Source: Candidatus Thorarchaeota archaeon
GTDB lineage: Archaea; Asgardarchaeota; Thorarchaeia; Thorarchaeales; Thorarchaeaceae
Length of the DNA: 64,000 bases
Reading direction: 5' to 3'
Assembly (NCBI GenBank): GCA_046758445.1
Contig: JBHIAE010000010.1
Coordinates: 8,686 to 72,685, forward strand
Shown here in pieces: positions 38,010 to 46,593 of this stretch. Made by a program: the position numbers and the translations under genes. The notes below the pieces were generated by a model. That model did not search any database and was not told the DNA's origin. It saw only the letters and a program-made list of their open reading frames with translations. The first letter of the stretch is position 1. Every line of letters begins with the position of its first letter.

Positions 38010-39145
38010 ACAAGAGTTTCCCTTGCAACCGCGGAGAGACTCTCCACACCACTTGCTGTAACTAGAAGCACATCTGCAATCTTGATGGCACCAATCTCCG
38101 GCAAGTAGCATGAGGGATGAATCGAAAGAACCATTCCCTGCCTGAGCGAAGCGTCACACTCAGAGTATATGAGTGGAGGTTCCTGAAGATCAAGCCCTAT
38201 TGAATTGCCAATAGGCTGGAGAAGACTGTCCGTAGGAACCCTCTTGCGTATCTTCTTCATTATCTTGCCATAGACATCTGTTACAGGGACACCTGGCTTC
38301 ATGGTTCCCTCCGCGGTCTTATAGACCTGAAGCATTCCTTCGAACAGCTTCTGTTGGGCCTTGCTAGGCTTCCCGGTATGAAGAGTCCGTGCCACTTCGG
38401 CGAAGTATCCTGCCTGGCTGACTGTGATGTCTATTGTAACGAGTGCATCACTACCTATTCGACTTGCGCTAGAGGGAACAAAGGGGAATTTCGCGTGGTT
38501 TCCAGAAAGTACTGCGGCCCTGATACCCCTAAGCTGACCACCAGCGGCCCTCATAGCGGCCTCGATCTCAATTGATGCTTCATCTTCTGGCTTTCCGGGA
38601 ACTACAATCTCCAGAGCCGTCCTGATTCCAATGTCTGCAATCTTCGCAGCTTGTCTAATGGCCTCTATCTCTGCTTCGTCCTTGACCTGTCTGAGTTTCC
38701 ACAACGCGGATGAGAAGTCCTTGAACCCAGCTCCTGGGAGCACGGTCTTCAGGTAGTCGAATTCCTTGACAGAGATTCGATCCTGTTGGAGTCCAATCAT
38801 CCCAGAATCCACTCCCAGTTCCTCAAGGACCTGGACTACAGAGTTCCAGAATGATGACCTGCGGTAATGTCCCCACTCGTTGTCATACTGGTCATCTATG
38901 TGCTGCACAGCGGCCATGACTGAATCTTGACCTAGCGCCTCTTCCTGCAATCTTGACAATACTAGTTGAGATTGACGCCCCTCAACTACGACACAGCCTA
39001 CAGGTAAAGCACTTAGCGGACTCTCGTATCCTGTGAAGTAATGAACATCTTGTCTTCTCGTAACTACCAAGGCCTCAATCTGCTCACTCCTCATTGAGCG
39101 ATAAGCTCTCTCAAGTCGTTGCGGTGTGAACTGCATTCTTGGCAT
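38006..39145 (-). CDS. M24 (Xaa-Pro peptidase/creatinase)-fold protein with degenerate metal ligands
   Basis: Creatinase-N YFTGY, LRQVKDEAEIE; C-domain AEVART, GNSIGLDLQE, SIHP, KIAD. Confidence 0.8.
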   Translation of the reverse strand: MPRMQFTPQRLERAYRSMRSEQIEALVVTRRQDVHYFTGYESPLSALPVGCVVVEGRQSQLVLSRLQEEALGQDSVMAAVQHIDDQYDNEWGHYRRSSFWNSVVQVLEELGVDSGMIGLQQDRISVKEFDYLKTVLPGAGFKDFSSALWKLRQVKDEAEIEAIRQAAKIADIGIRTALEIVVPGKPEDEASIEIEAAMRAAGGQLRGIRAAVLSGNHAKFPFVPSSASRIGSDALVTIDITVSQAGYFAEVARTLHTGKPSKAQQKLFEGMLQVYKTAEGTMKPGVPVTDVYGKIMKKIRKRVPTDSLLQPIGNSIGLDLQEPPLIYSECDASLRQGMVLSIHPSCYLPEIGAIKIADVLLVTASGVESLSAVARETLV

Positions 39146-39251
39146 CTCTCTTGGGAGTCACTCGGCTAACTTGGGTCACAGGGATTTGACGTAATCTGTC
39201 GAATTCAACGCTCATTTAAGCGTAATGTCGATTCGGCGCGAAGAGAAACAG

Positions 39252-39329
39252 TGGCGGGACCGCCCGGATTCGAACCGGGGATTTCCAACTCCGCAGGCTG
39301 GCGCCTTATCCATGCTAGACTACGGCCCC
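39252..39329 (-). tRNA. tRNA-Arg(GCG), CCA encoded
   Basis: GGGGCCG..CGGTCCC-G-CCA acceptor; anticodon arm CCAGC-CTGCGGA-GTTGG; GGTTCGAATCC. Confidence 0.95.
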
Positions 39330-39409
39330 ATCAAGGCGGGACCAATACGGCTTATAGACCCTTCGCTGGGTTGCTGTTAGAAGAAGGACTCTGGCTATTT
39401 CTACTTGCT

Positions 39410-39628
39410 TCAAGGACTTGTCCTAGGCACCGGCACTTGGAGTATCTCAACGACTGCCCTGCCTTTGTGCTTTGTCACCCTGAATGTGTGCTCTGCGGTT
39501 TGCAGTATGAAACTCTCGCCCTCATCTAGGGCGTCCAGTACAGTACGTCCCATTGGACCATTCAGGTACCGGGTAAACCTCTCGATAATTCGATCCGTGG
39601 GGGAACTGAACCGATTCAGCATACTCAT
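39410..39628 (-). CDS. Small hypothetical protein (72 aa) between the tRNAs
   Basis: MSMLNRFSSPTDRIIERF...; start trimmed so it does not overlap the tRNA; TTTAAA upstream. Confidence 0.6.
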   Translation of the reverse strand: MSMLNRFSSPTDRIIERFTRYLNGPMGRTVLDALDEGESFILQTAEHTFRVTKHKGRAVVEILQVPVPRTSP

Positions 39629-39717
39629 GGTTCTTCGCCTCACATCAGAAGCGTGTGTCCTCTTGACGCTTTTAAACTCAGATTGAAACAAGTAGCGGGT
39701 GTGAGAAGGTGAATTGA

Positions 39718-39795
39718 TGGCGGGACCGGCCGGATTCGAACCGGCGATACCCAACTCCGGAGGCTGGTGCCTTATCCATGCTAGACTACGGCCCC
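39718..39795 (-). tRNA. tRNA-Arg(CCG), CCA encoded
   Basis: Same scaffold as the GCG copy; anticodon arm CCAGC-CTCCGGA-GTTGG; TTTAAAG TATA about 25 nt upstream. Confidence 0.95.
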
Positions 39796-39872
39796 AAGCA
39801 TCCACTTTGGGCGGTTCTTTAAAGATTTGCTCTAGATCATCTACATCCTAGCGTCCTAGGACTTCCACAATA

Positions 39873-40394
39873 TTAATCTGCAATCAAAGCTCCATCGGTC
39901 AGCCACCAAGCGCCGCGCTTGCCTCTCACCTCTCCCTTCTCAAACGAAAGTACTGACTTGCCAAGAGCCTCCTTTGCACGCTCGTTCAACTTGGTGATTC
40001 GCACGTGAATGGTCTTCCGCTTGCTTGAATCTTTGAGTAAGCGTTCTGCAAGCTCAGGGGTGGAGGCACCCTCATACTGGAGAAGATACGCCAGGATTCT
40101 CCTATCCAGATCATCTCGACATACCTGAGTCTTTGTTACTTCATTCAGCCCACCCAGGAACACACTTGTTGACTGCATTCCTTCAAGATGCTCTACTCGA
40201 GTCTTGAGCTGGTTGACTTCTTCGGCAAGCTCATGAACCAGTGGAGGAATCTCCTTGTTAAGTCGCCATAGGACTGCTTCCTCAATGAACTTCTGCCTGC
40301 CCCTTTCTCCTGCCATTCTGTCAAGCCGCTTCAGAGTATCCCTGCTCAGTCGAACACGAATACTCACAACTTGCTGTCGCCTTGATTTGCTCAT
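39873..40394 (-). CDS. Ribbon-helix-helix + coiled coil + winged-helix regulator
   Basis: VSIRVRLSRDTLKRLD..GRQKFIEEAV (RHH); LDRRILAYL..ASTPELAERL (wHTH). Confidence 0.6.
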   Translation of the reverse strand: MSKSRRQQVVSIRVRLSRDTLKRLDRMAGERGRQKFIEEAVLWRLNKEIPPLVHELAEEVNQLKTRVEHLEGMQSTSVFLGGLNEVTKTQVCRDDLDRRILAYLLQYEGASTPELAERLLKDSSKRKTIHVRITKLNERAKEALGKSVLSFEKGEVRGKRGAWWLTDGALIAD

Positions 40395-40550
40395 CCTGAC
40401 CTACACTCCATTCAGCAGGCTCCAAGTATCTCCGCGTCTGAGAACCATCTTGAAAGGAAAAGCCTTCCTCTTTCATTCGGCGTCGCTTCTCCGACACAGT
40501 TATAACAAGTACATCGGGGGGCTCGCTGAAGAAGGCGAAGGTGATGGTCC

Positions 40551-40985
40551 ATGGTTAACAAAGAGAAAGCTGTGAAACGTGAGATAACCAGACTTAGGAA
40601 GAGACAGAACCCACAGCAAGTGGACTTTAGGAGAATGCGAAAGCTTCGCAAGGCTCGGGCCGATCTTTGGTCATCAAGGAAGCCTGTCGTCGTTAGGCCA
40701 ACGATTGTCAAAGAGGAGAAGAAAGAGAAGGCTAAGAAGCCAAGGAAGAAGAAAGAACCCGAGTTAGAGATCATCGAAGATGAACCAGAACTCGAAGTCA
40801 TCGAGGATGTCGCTGAGCCTATAGTCGTTGAAGAGAAGAAGAAGGCCAAGAAACCAAAGAAGGAAGAGAAGCCAAAGAAGAAGGAACCCGAGTTAGAGGT
40901 CATCGAGGAGGATGTAGAAATCGAGGAAATTGACCCGGAACTTGCGGACCTCTACACCTACGATGAAGAGATTGAAGACGAGTAG
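40551..40985 (+). CDS. Lys/Glu-rich low-complexity protein with internal repeats
   Basis: KKKEPELE(I/V)IE(D/E) repeated; GGTGA upstream of ATG. Confidence 0.6.
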   Translation: MVNKEKAVKREITRLRKRQNPQQVDFRRMRKLRKARADLWSSRKPVVVRPTIVKEEKKEKAKKPRKKKEPELEIIEDEPELEVIEDVAEPIVVEEKKKAKKPKKEEKPKKKEPELEVIEEDVEIEEIDPELADLYTYDEEIEDE

Positions 40986-41135
40986 GAATATCGCATATCC
41001 CTCTACTACCAAGTCAATCTCATGACAAAGAATAAGACTTGGGTGGTCCAGTACGCCTTACAAAGCAAACAGCAAGTAGGACGCAGATCGCATTAGTGGC
41101 CCTGCTTGCCCAATTGTCGGCACAAGGTGATTCAG

Positions 41136-41963
41136 GTGACAACTCTCCTTGATATTGTGAAGTATTTCGACGCCATAGCGCCACTGCGTCTAGTCTTCAA
41201 AGGACTAGAGAACAGAGTGGAAATCGGCCCTCAGTCTGAGAGCGAACAGGAGAAGACGACCATAAACAGGATTGTCATTGCGACATATCCATCAGGCCGA
41301 GTTGTAACGAAAGCATCACAGGACAAGGCTAACCTGTTGATCACACATAGACCTCTCTTTCCATTCGCCATTGACAGAATCTCAGGTCAAGACTTGATTA
41401 GGATAAGACTGCTCACCAAGAACTACATCTCAAGCTACACACTAGGTGGTCCATGGATATGCGCAAGAGATGGGATTGGGGATGCACTGGTTGAAACTCT
41501 TGGTCTTGACAGAACTGGTGACTTCGTAATCCTGGGCGATCTAGATGAGATGGTCCCTGCCGGCAGATTATGCATTCCTCCTAGCGTCATGAATCACTCG
41601 CGCTTTGCAAACTACTTGGTTGAGAAGCTAGGAATCGACGCAGTTACTTTCTCGGGCGACCTAGATGACGAAGTAGGGCAGGTTCTAGTGTTCCCTGGCA
41701 GCCATGTTGACGTGCCTGAGATAATCCAGGCAAGGAAACTCAATGTCAAAACTCTAGTCACTGGAGAGGTTTCCCCGGATGTCAGACTCCTTGGAGTCGA
41801 AGAGGGTCTACACATCTTTGAGGTGGGAGCGTTTGTGACTGAGGAGCCCGGCATGAGAAGACTGAGGCATCAGTTCAGCCTTGAGTTTCCTGACCTCAAG
41901 GTAGAGTTTGTCGAATCGCCTCCACTGACCAAGTCGCTCTCACAGAAGAAGAACAAGTTGTGA
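41136..41963 (+). CDS. Nif3/DUF34-like protein, degenerate metal site
   Basis: ANLLITHRPLF, LVTGE, TEEPGM; GTG start after AGGTGA. Confidence 0.7.
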   Translation: MTTLLDIVKYFDAIAPLRLVFKGLENRVEIGPQSESEQEKTTINRIVIATYPSGRVVTKASQDKANLLITHRPLFPFAIDRISGQDLIRIRLLTKNYISSYTLGGPWICARDGIGDALVETLGLDRTGDFVILGDLDEMVPAGRLCIPPSVMNHSRFANYLVEKLGIDAVTFSGDLDDEVGQVLVFPGSHVDVPEIIQARKLNVKTLVTGEVSPDVRLLGVEEGLHIFEVGAFVTEEPGMRRLRHQFSLEFPDLKVEFVESPPLTKSLSQKKNKL

Positions 41964-41967
41964 GCCT

Positions 41968-42858
41968 CTAGTCTACGTCTGGATATCGAATCAGAATCAC
42001 ATTCTTGTTGCGCTCACAATCGAGATGCTGTGCTACAGGTAGGCACTTAGTTCTGAGAATGTGAACAGTGGGGCAAAGCGCCGTGAATTCGGTCATAGAC
42101 TCGTAGTTACCCATTCCTTTTGCTATAACCAGCTCGGCAGAGCGAAGGACTTCTTTGAATGCTTCAGAGTTTCTTTCAAGGTTCACTCCAATGGCTGCTG
42201 CTCCTGTATCCATCACATCATCTGCACGTTCGGAGAGACCCACTTCCATGGCGTCTGTCATAGTGGCGTCGTTCAAAACGGGTCCACCCTTGACAACGGC
42301 GAGTACCTTTGGTCCTAATCGCTTGATCTCAGAGATCAAAATCATGTCAAGTACCACCTCACCAGCATTGTCTGTCAGATAGACAACTTCATTGGCATTC
42401 AAGCAGAGATCCATGAATTCGTCAATCTGATCTAGCGCAAGATCTGATTCGATTTTTCCGATGATGTGTCTTAGCTCCTCAAGGCTGAAATCGCGACCTG
42501 ATACATCGAACTCTATCGCATTTGATGCTGCGGCGATGAGCGTTGCCCTTCGAAATCGCATCTTTGAATCGGTTGCTTCCTCTACCAGTTTCTCTAGTTC
42601 GGGAAGGATACTCAGAGCCATATTATTCGACTGACGTTTGAGCTCTTCATAGGGGTCTCTTCCTGTCATCCTCTGAACCAATAGATCTCTGTCAGTGCCT
42701 ATGTGACTCGGCACTGAATCAGCATCGAATCTCTTGCCCAAGAAATCGAGCATGGCTGAAACTACGTCCATCTGAAGTTCGAGATCGTCAGTCGCCAATC
42801 TTGCTTGATTGACAGCCCGCTCAAGTAGACAGTGGGCACAGTCGAGGGTGACCTTCAC
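41968..42858 (-). CDS. DUF89/ARMT1-like damage-control phosphatase
   Basis: KVTLDCAHC, DPY, DNAGE, LNDAT, KGMGNYE, KC. Confidence 0.88.
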   Translation of the reverse strand: MKVTLDCAHCLLERAVNQARLATDDLELQMDVVSAMLDFLGKRFDADSVPSHIGTDRDLLVQRMTGRDPYEELKRQSNNMALSILPELEKLVEEATDSKMRFRRATLIAAASNAIEFDVSGRDFSLEELRHIIGKIESDLALDQIDEFMDLCLNANEVVYLTDNAGEVVLDMILISEIKRLGPKVLAVVKGGPVLNDATMTDAMEVGLSERADDVMDTGAAAIGVNLERNSEAFKEVLRSAELVIAKGMGNYESMTEFTALCPTVHILRTKCLPVAQHLDCERNKNVILIRYPDVD

Positions 42859-42920
42859 ATTGAATCGCCGAATCCCGGAGGCTTCTGAATCAGTGAAAAA
42901 TGAACCGGAATAGGAACCAG

Positions 42921-43604
42921 TCACTTCCTCAATGGTTCTATCAATCCCTTTAGCACCTGTTCTGGCTTGTCGGACTTGGCTACAGCAGAGGCAAGAAGCA
43001 CGCCCTGCGATCCAAGTTTGATGGCGGCTTCAACATCTTGGCCAGTGCTGATACCAGCCCCGCAGAGTATGGTGACATCTCGATTTACTGCTCGAATGAT
43101 GTCGACAGTGCCCGATATGACCTCTGGCTGAGACTGAGATACGGATATGCCTGTGCCGATGAGTTCTGGTGGCTCCACTGCGATTGCGTCTGGTTTCAGA
43201 GAGGCCGCTGCTGCGCTCACTAGAGGATTGTTTGTGCATACTAAGCTGTACAGCTGCAGCTTCTCCGCTCTTCTTACTGAGGCTTCAATGTCAGCGAGCT
43301 GCATTCTGTGTTCTGAGTGGTTCAATAGAGTTCCAGAGCATCCTGCCTCAACTAATGTCTCTCCAATTGCGTGACCTGTGAAGCGACCGGGTTCGCCGGA
43401 ATCCATGTGCTGTGAGAAGACAGGAATCTCCACGGCCTTGCTGACTCTGTACAGGTCGGGAACTTGGGGACAGACGACAACTGATACACTATGCTCATTC
43501 GAAACCTTCTCACAAGTCTGCGCGAGGAGTACAGCCTTTTCGCCTGTGGCTTGAGGATAGGTCTTGAAATTGACTGCAATGATTGGAAGTTCAACCTTTG
43601 CCAT
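42921..43604 (-). CDS. tpiA: Triosephosphate isomerase, archaeal type
   Basis: VNFKTY, NHSEHR, AVEPPELIGTG, LCGAGI, GVLLASA. Confidence 0.96.
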   Translation of the reverse strand: MAKVELPIIAVNFKTYPQATGEKAVLLAQTCEKVSNEHSVSVVVCPQVPDLYRVSKAVEIPVFSQHMDSGEPGRFTGHAIGETLVEAGCSGTLLNHSEHRMQLADIEASVRRAEKLQLYSLVCTNNPLVSAAAASLKPDAIAVEPPELIGTGISVSQSQPEVISGTVDIIRAVNRDVTILCGAGISTGQDVEAAIKLGSQGVLLASAVAKSDKPEQVLKGLIEPLRK

Positions 43605-43699
43605 TGTGCTCTTTCCTGCCTAGCCGCATCTTTCTCCGACTCAGGCAGAGGATTCCGTACTGCGCCTGCTAATAAGTTGCTACGTTGAGAACATCAAGT

Positions 43700-44320
43700 T
43701 CAGCGCATCTGACCAACGAGGAGCTTCAATATAGGTATCCTGGCGTAGCCTCTTCGGTTCATACTACTGATGTCCTTACGAATCTCAATCTTGACAAACT
43801 TGCCGGCATCTGGTTTCCTGTAGTGATGTATGTATACCTTTGAGAAATCTGCAAAGGTGGGTGCACTAAGCAACTCAGCAACAGTGCTATTGGAGATTCT
43901 CACAAAGACATCTTCCTCTGGCACTGTGCCGGTCCCAAAACTCACCTCTCCATGGGCTTGCTTCTTCACATTGAATCTCTCGCCCATCGCCATGAACTCG
44001 AGGGCGAACTCGTCAGGACCCTCCATTCCAGCAGCGGCCGTTGGATCCGCAAACAGGTACTTCAGGCGCTCAGTGAACTCTGAATGGTAGGGGATGGTGT
44101 CTCCCGGTCTGGCGGGCGTAGGCATCTCAGCTCTAGCTTCTGGCTCGGCTTCTTCAACCTCCGGTTCTGGCTCAGGTTCCGGCTGGCGTTCAGGTGCCTT
44201 GACCTCGGGCTCTGCTATCACTTCTGCAGGAGGGGCTTCAGCAGAAGGCTCTTCTTCTACAGCAGCCTTCTCGTCTTCCTTCTCTTCTTCGCGTCCAAGG
44301 AATTTCCTTATCCTTTCCAT
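43700..44320 (-). CDS. Hypothetical protein: acidic Pro/Glu-rich N-terminus + globular domain (possibly SCP2-like)
   Basis: EPEPEPEVEEAEP low-complexity tract followed by an alpha/beta domain. Confidence 0.55.
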   Translation of the reverse strand: MERIRKFLGREEEKEDEKAAVEEEPSAEAPPAEVIAEPEVKAPERQPEPEPEPEVEEAEPEARAEMPTPARPGDTIPYHSEFTERLKYLFADPTAAAGMEGPDEFALEFMAMGERFNVKKQAHGEVSFGTGTVPEEDVFVRISNSTVAELLSAPTFADFSKVYIHHYRKPDAGKFVKIEIRKDISSMNRRGYARIPILKLLVGQMR

Positions 44321-44450
44321 CTTTCACACAGTCTCCTAGGATGAGTTGAACAAACAGGTTATGAAGCCTGCTTCTTACGGTGTGTTATTGGTCGACCTTG
44401 ACCGACCGATAATGGCTTCAGTCATAGAAAAAGGTAATCTGAATGTACAG

Positions 44451-44681
44451 CTACGGTGGGGTCTCCGCCGAGCTTGTCTTGAGAGCGGCAGCCAACTCCT
44501 GTAGCTGAGCAACAAGAGGGATTGACCTCGATTGGGTTCTGTCACCCCAGAGCTCCTCCACAAGTAAGTCACGAATTGCAATCCTAATGACCTCAGAGCG
44601 GTTGGGGTACTTGCTCTGCCCGATGAGGTTGTCTAGCCCTTCAACATAGGACTCGGGCAGACATATCGTTACGACCTTCAT
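44451..44681 (-). CDS. CopG/RHH regulator, CdrS-like
   Basis: MKVVTICLP..LD.L...YPNRSEVIRIAIRDLL, matching the CdrS-type (F/Y)PNRSE.IR.A.RD motif. Confidence 0.8.
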   Translation of the reverse strand: MKVVTICLPESYVEGLDNLIGQSKYPNRSEVIRIAIRDLLVEELWGDRTQSRSIPLVAQLQELAAALKTSSAETPP

Positions 44682-44862
44682 TGTTCACCAACCAACTTGG
44701 AGCCAAACACGCTAAAGAAAGCGTGTCATTTCCAGATTGACATCTAGGTATTATTCACTCTCTATCCCACTTCATGCCTAGTTGCACCACTTCCTGGGGC
44801 AGGTTTAAGAACGCGCATGTTGTTTCGCTGATTCATCAGCTGTCACGGTCATGGTGAACCTT

Positions 44863-45153
44863 ATGGGAAGAGGTAAGTCAGGAAAGATACGAGCCAGCCA
44901 CGTTCTGGTCGACAAACATAGCAAAGCTCTTGAGATAATCAGCAGGATTCGCGAAGGAGAAGACTTTGGAGCCATTGCGAAGCAGTACAGCGACTGCTCA
45001 TCAAGGAAGAAGAGCGGAGACTTGGGCTGGTTTGGAAGAGGCAAAATGGTCAAGGAGTTCGAGAGGGCTGCTTTTGCTCTCAGTGTTGGAGCGATGACCA
45101 CAGATCCTGTGAAGACAGAGTATGGATATCACATCATAAAGCGCACTGGCTAG
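44863..45153 (+). CDS. ppiC: Parvulin-type peptidyl-prolyl isomerase
   Basis: IRASHVLV, GDLGWF..GKMVKEFE, VKTEYGYHII. Confidence 0.92.
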   Translation: MGRGKSGKIRASHVLVDKHSKALEIISRIREGEDFGAIAKQYSDCSSRKKSGDLGWFGRGKMVKEFERAAFALSVGAMTTDPVKTEYGYHIIKRTG

Positions 45154-45185
45154 ATCAAGTAGAGTGCTTCCTCAGATAGAGTAAC

Positions 45186-45220
45186 AGCTGGACCTGAGAG
45201 CCGAGTTTCTCAGGTCAGCT
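45186..45220. terminator. Hairpin between convergent ppiC and fbp
   Basis: AGCTGGACCTGAGA...TCTCAGGTCAGCT inverted repeat. Confidence 0.5.
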
Positions 45221-45228
45221 TTCATCAC

Positions 45229-46392
45229 TCACTCTGCTGAGTCGGATGTGTCCTTTTCTTTGCCCTTTGGAACTATCTCATAGTCCATGAAGCGATTCTC
45301 ACACTTGCTGAGAACCTTGGGCAGTGTGCTGTATTCCATCCGATCTGACGATAGCCTGTGAAACTCGAATGGACCATGTTGGCGCAGGTAGTCTGCAATC
45401 TCCATCCCACGCTGGCGTGATATATCAAAGGCGATATCATCGAAGAGATCAACTGGACCTACCAGCTCACCATTGGAAATTTGGAAGCCTAATCCGATGA
45501 CCCGCGGAGGACCATCAAATCTCGTGCATCTTGAGTCTTTCAATGCAACAGGCAGAAGGGGACCAGCATGAGACCCACGCATCCAACCAGCCACCAAGTG
45601 AGGAATGGTGAAAGCCTCAAGCACTTCTCCCATGGCTGGTAGGCCTGAGTGCGCTCTGATGATGGCAACGGGGTCATCCTTTCCTACATACTTGCCAGCT
45701 ATTGCATGGAGTTTGTCCGTGCTGACAGAAGCACAGACCATTCCGTCTGCGCGATAGACTTTCTTTATTGTGAACGTTCCAGTGCTACCGAGAAGAGCAA
45801 GCACGTCGTACATCTCTTCTGGGCACTTCATGTCCACAAAGCATGGGACATCTTTCATGATGTCTTGAATCACGAAGGTGAATCCATCATGCAGGTTTGG
45901 ATCAATGATAAGCCCTGCGGTGTTGAACGGGTCAGCAAATATCTTGAACATAGGCAGATTGAATGCGCCCGGCTCGGTCTTGTCTGCCATGAAGATGGCA
46001 AAGGGCTCTGACCTTCGCTCCTGGATTGTAATCTCTGCAGAACCGGGACCCATGCCCTTCACGTTTCCGCTGAATGTGTCAGCAAGCATATCTTGTCCGG
46101 CTGCGTAGATCTTCTTCTCCCGAGCCTTCTCGGTGCCTTTGATGAATGTGTCCCAGGCAAGTCGGTGAACCTCTTCATTGTTCTCTCCCTTGTCATGGGT
46201 CATAATCAGCTCCAGATCATCACCCGCGTGGGTGACATAGAAATCTTTGATGATCTTCTTGTCAACTGCTGCCTTCATCTCTTTCCTGGCAAGCTCGAGA
46301 AGGAAATCAGGCACAACTACATGACCGGCAAGTGAACCAATGTCGGCCTTGATCACGCTAATGGTCGTTTCAACCAATACATTCCGCTCCAT
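45229..46392 (-). CDS. fbp: Bifunctional fructose-1,6-bisphosphate aldolase/phosphatase
   Basis: KADIGS..GH, GDD, YAAGQD, DKTEPGAFN, YVGKDDP, WMRGSH, FDGPP. Confidence 0.95.
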   Translation of the reverse strand: MERNVLVETTISVIKADIGSLAGHVVVPDFLLELARKEMKAAVDKKIIKDFYVTHAGDDLELIMTHDKGENNEEVHRLAWDTFIKGTEKAREKKIYAAGQDMLADTFSGNVKGMGPGSAEITIQERRSEPFAIFMADKTEPGAFNLPMFKIFADPFNTAGLIIDPNLHDGFTFVIQDIMKDVPCFVDMKCPEEMYDVLALLGSTGTFTIKKVYRADGMVCASVSTDKLHAIAGKYVGKDDPVAIIRAHSGLPAMGEVLEAFTIPHLVAGWMRGSHAGPLLPVALKDSRCTRFDGPPRVIGLGFQISNGELVGPVDLFDDIAFDISRQRGMEIADYLRQHGPFEFHRLSSDRMEYSTLPKVLSKCENRFMDYEIVPKGKEKDTSDSAE

Positions 46393-46593
46393 TTACTGAA
46401 TGCTATGAGAGCAGCATGACGCCCTCGTACGGGACAGCAGGCCTAAAAGTTTGGGTTTTAGGTGTTTCGGAGACCCTGTCCCGAGCAGACTGCGATTATT
46501 CTATGAATGTATAATAGTCTGTTGGTCCTGGTGTCTTGGAAGCGGCCCGAAACTGAAATAGCCTAGTTATGATGAGAAGAGAGGGGGACAAAG

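Noticed and set aside
39251-39805. ORFs 39251-39529 (+), 39405-39686 (+) and the 5' extension of 39410-39805 (-)
   Set aside because: They are translations through or antisense to tRNA genes and the real small ORF
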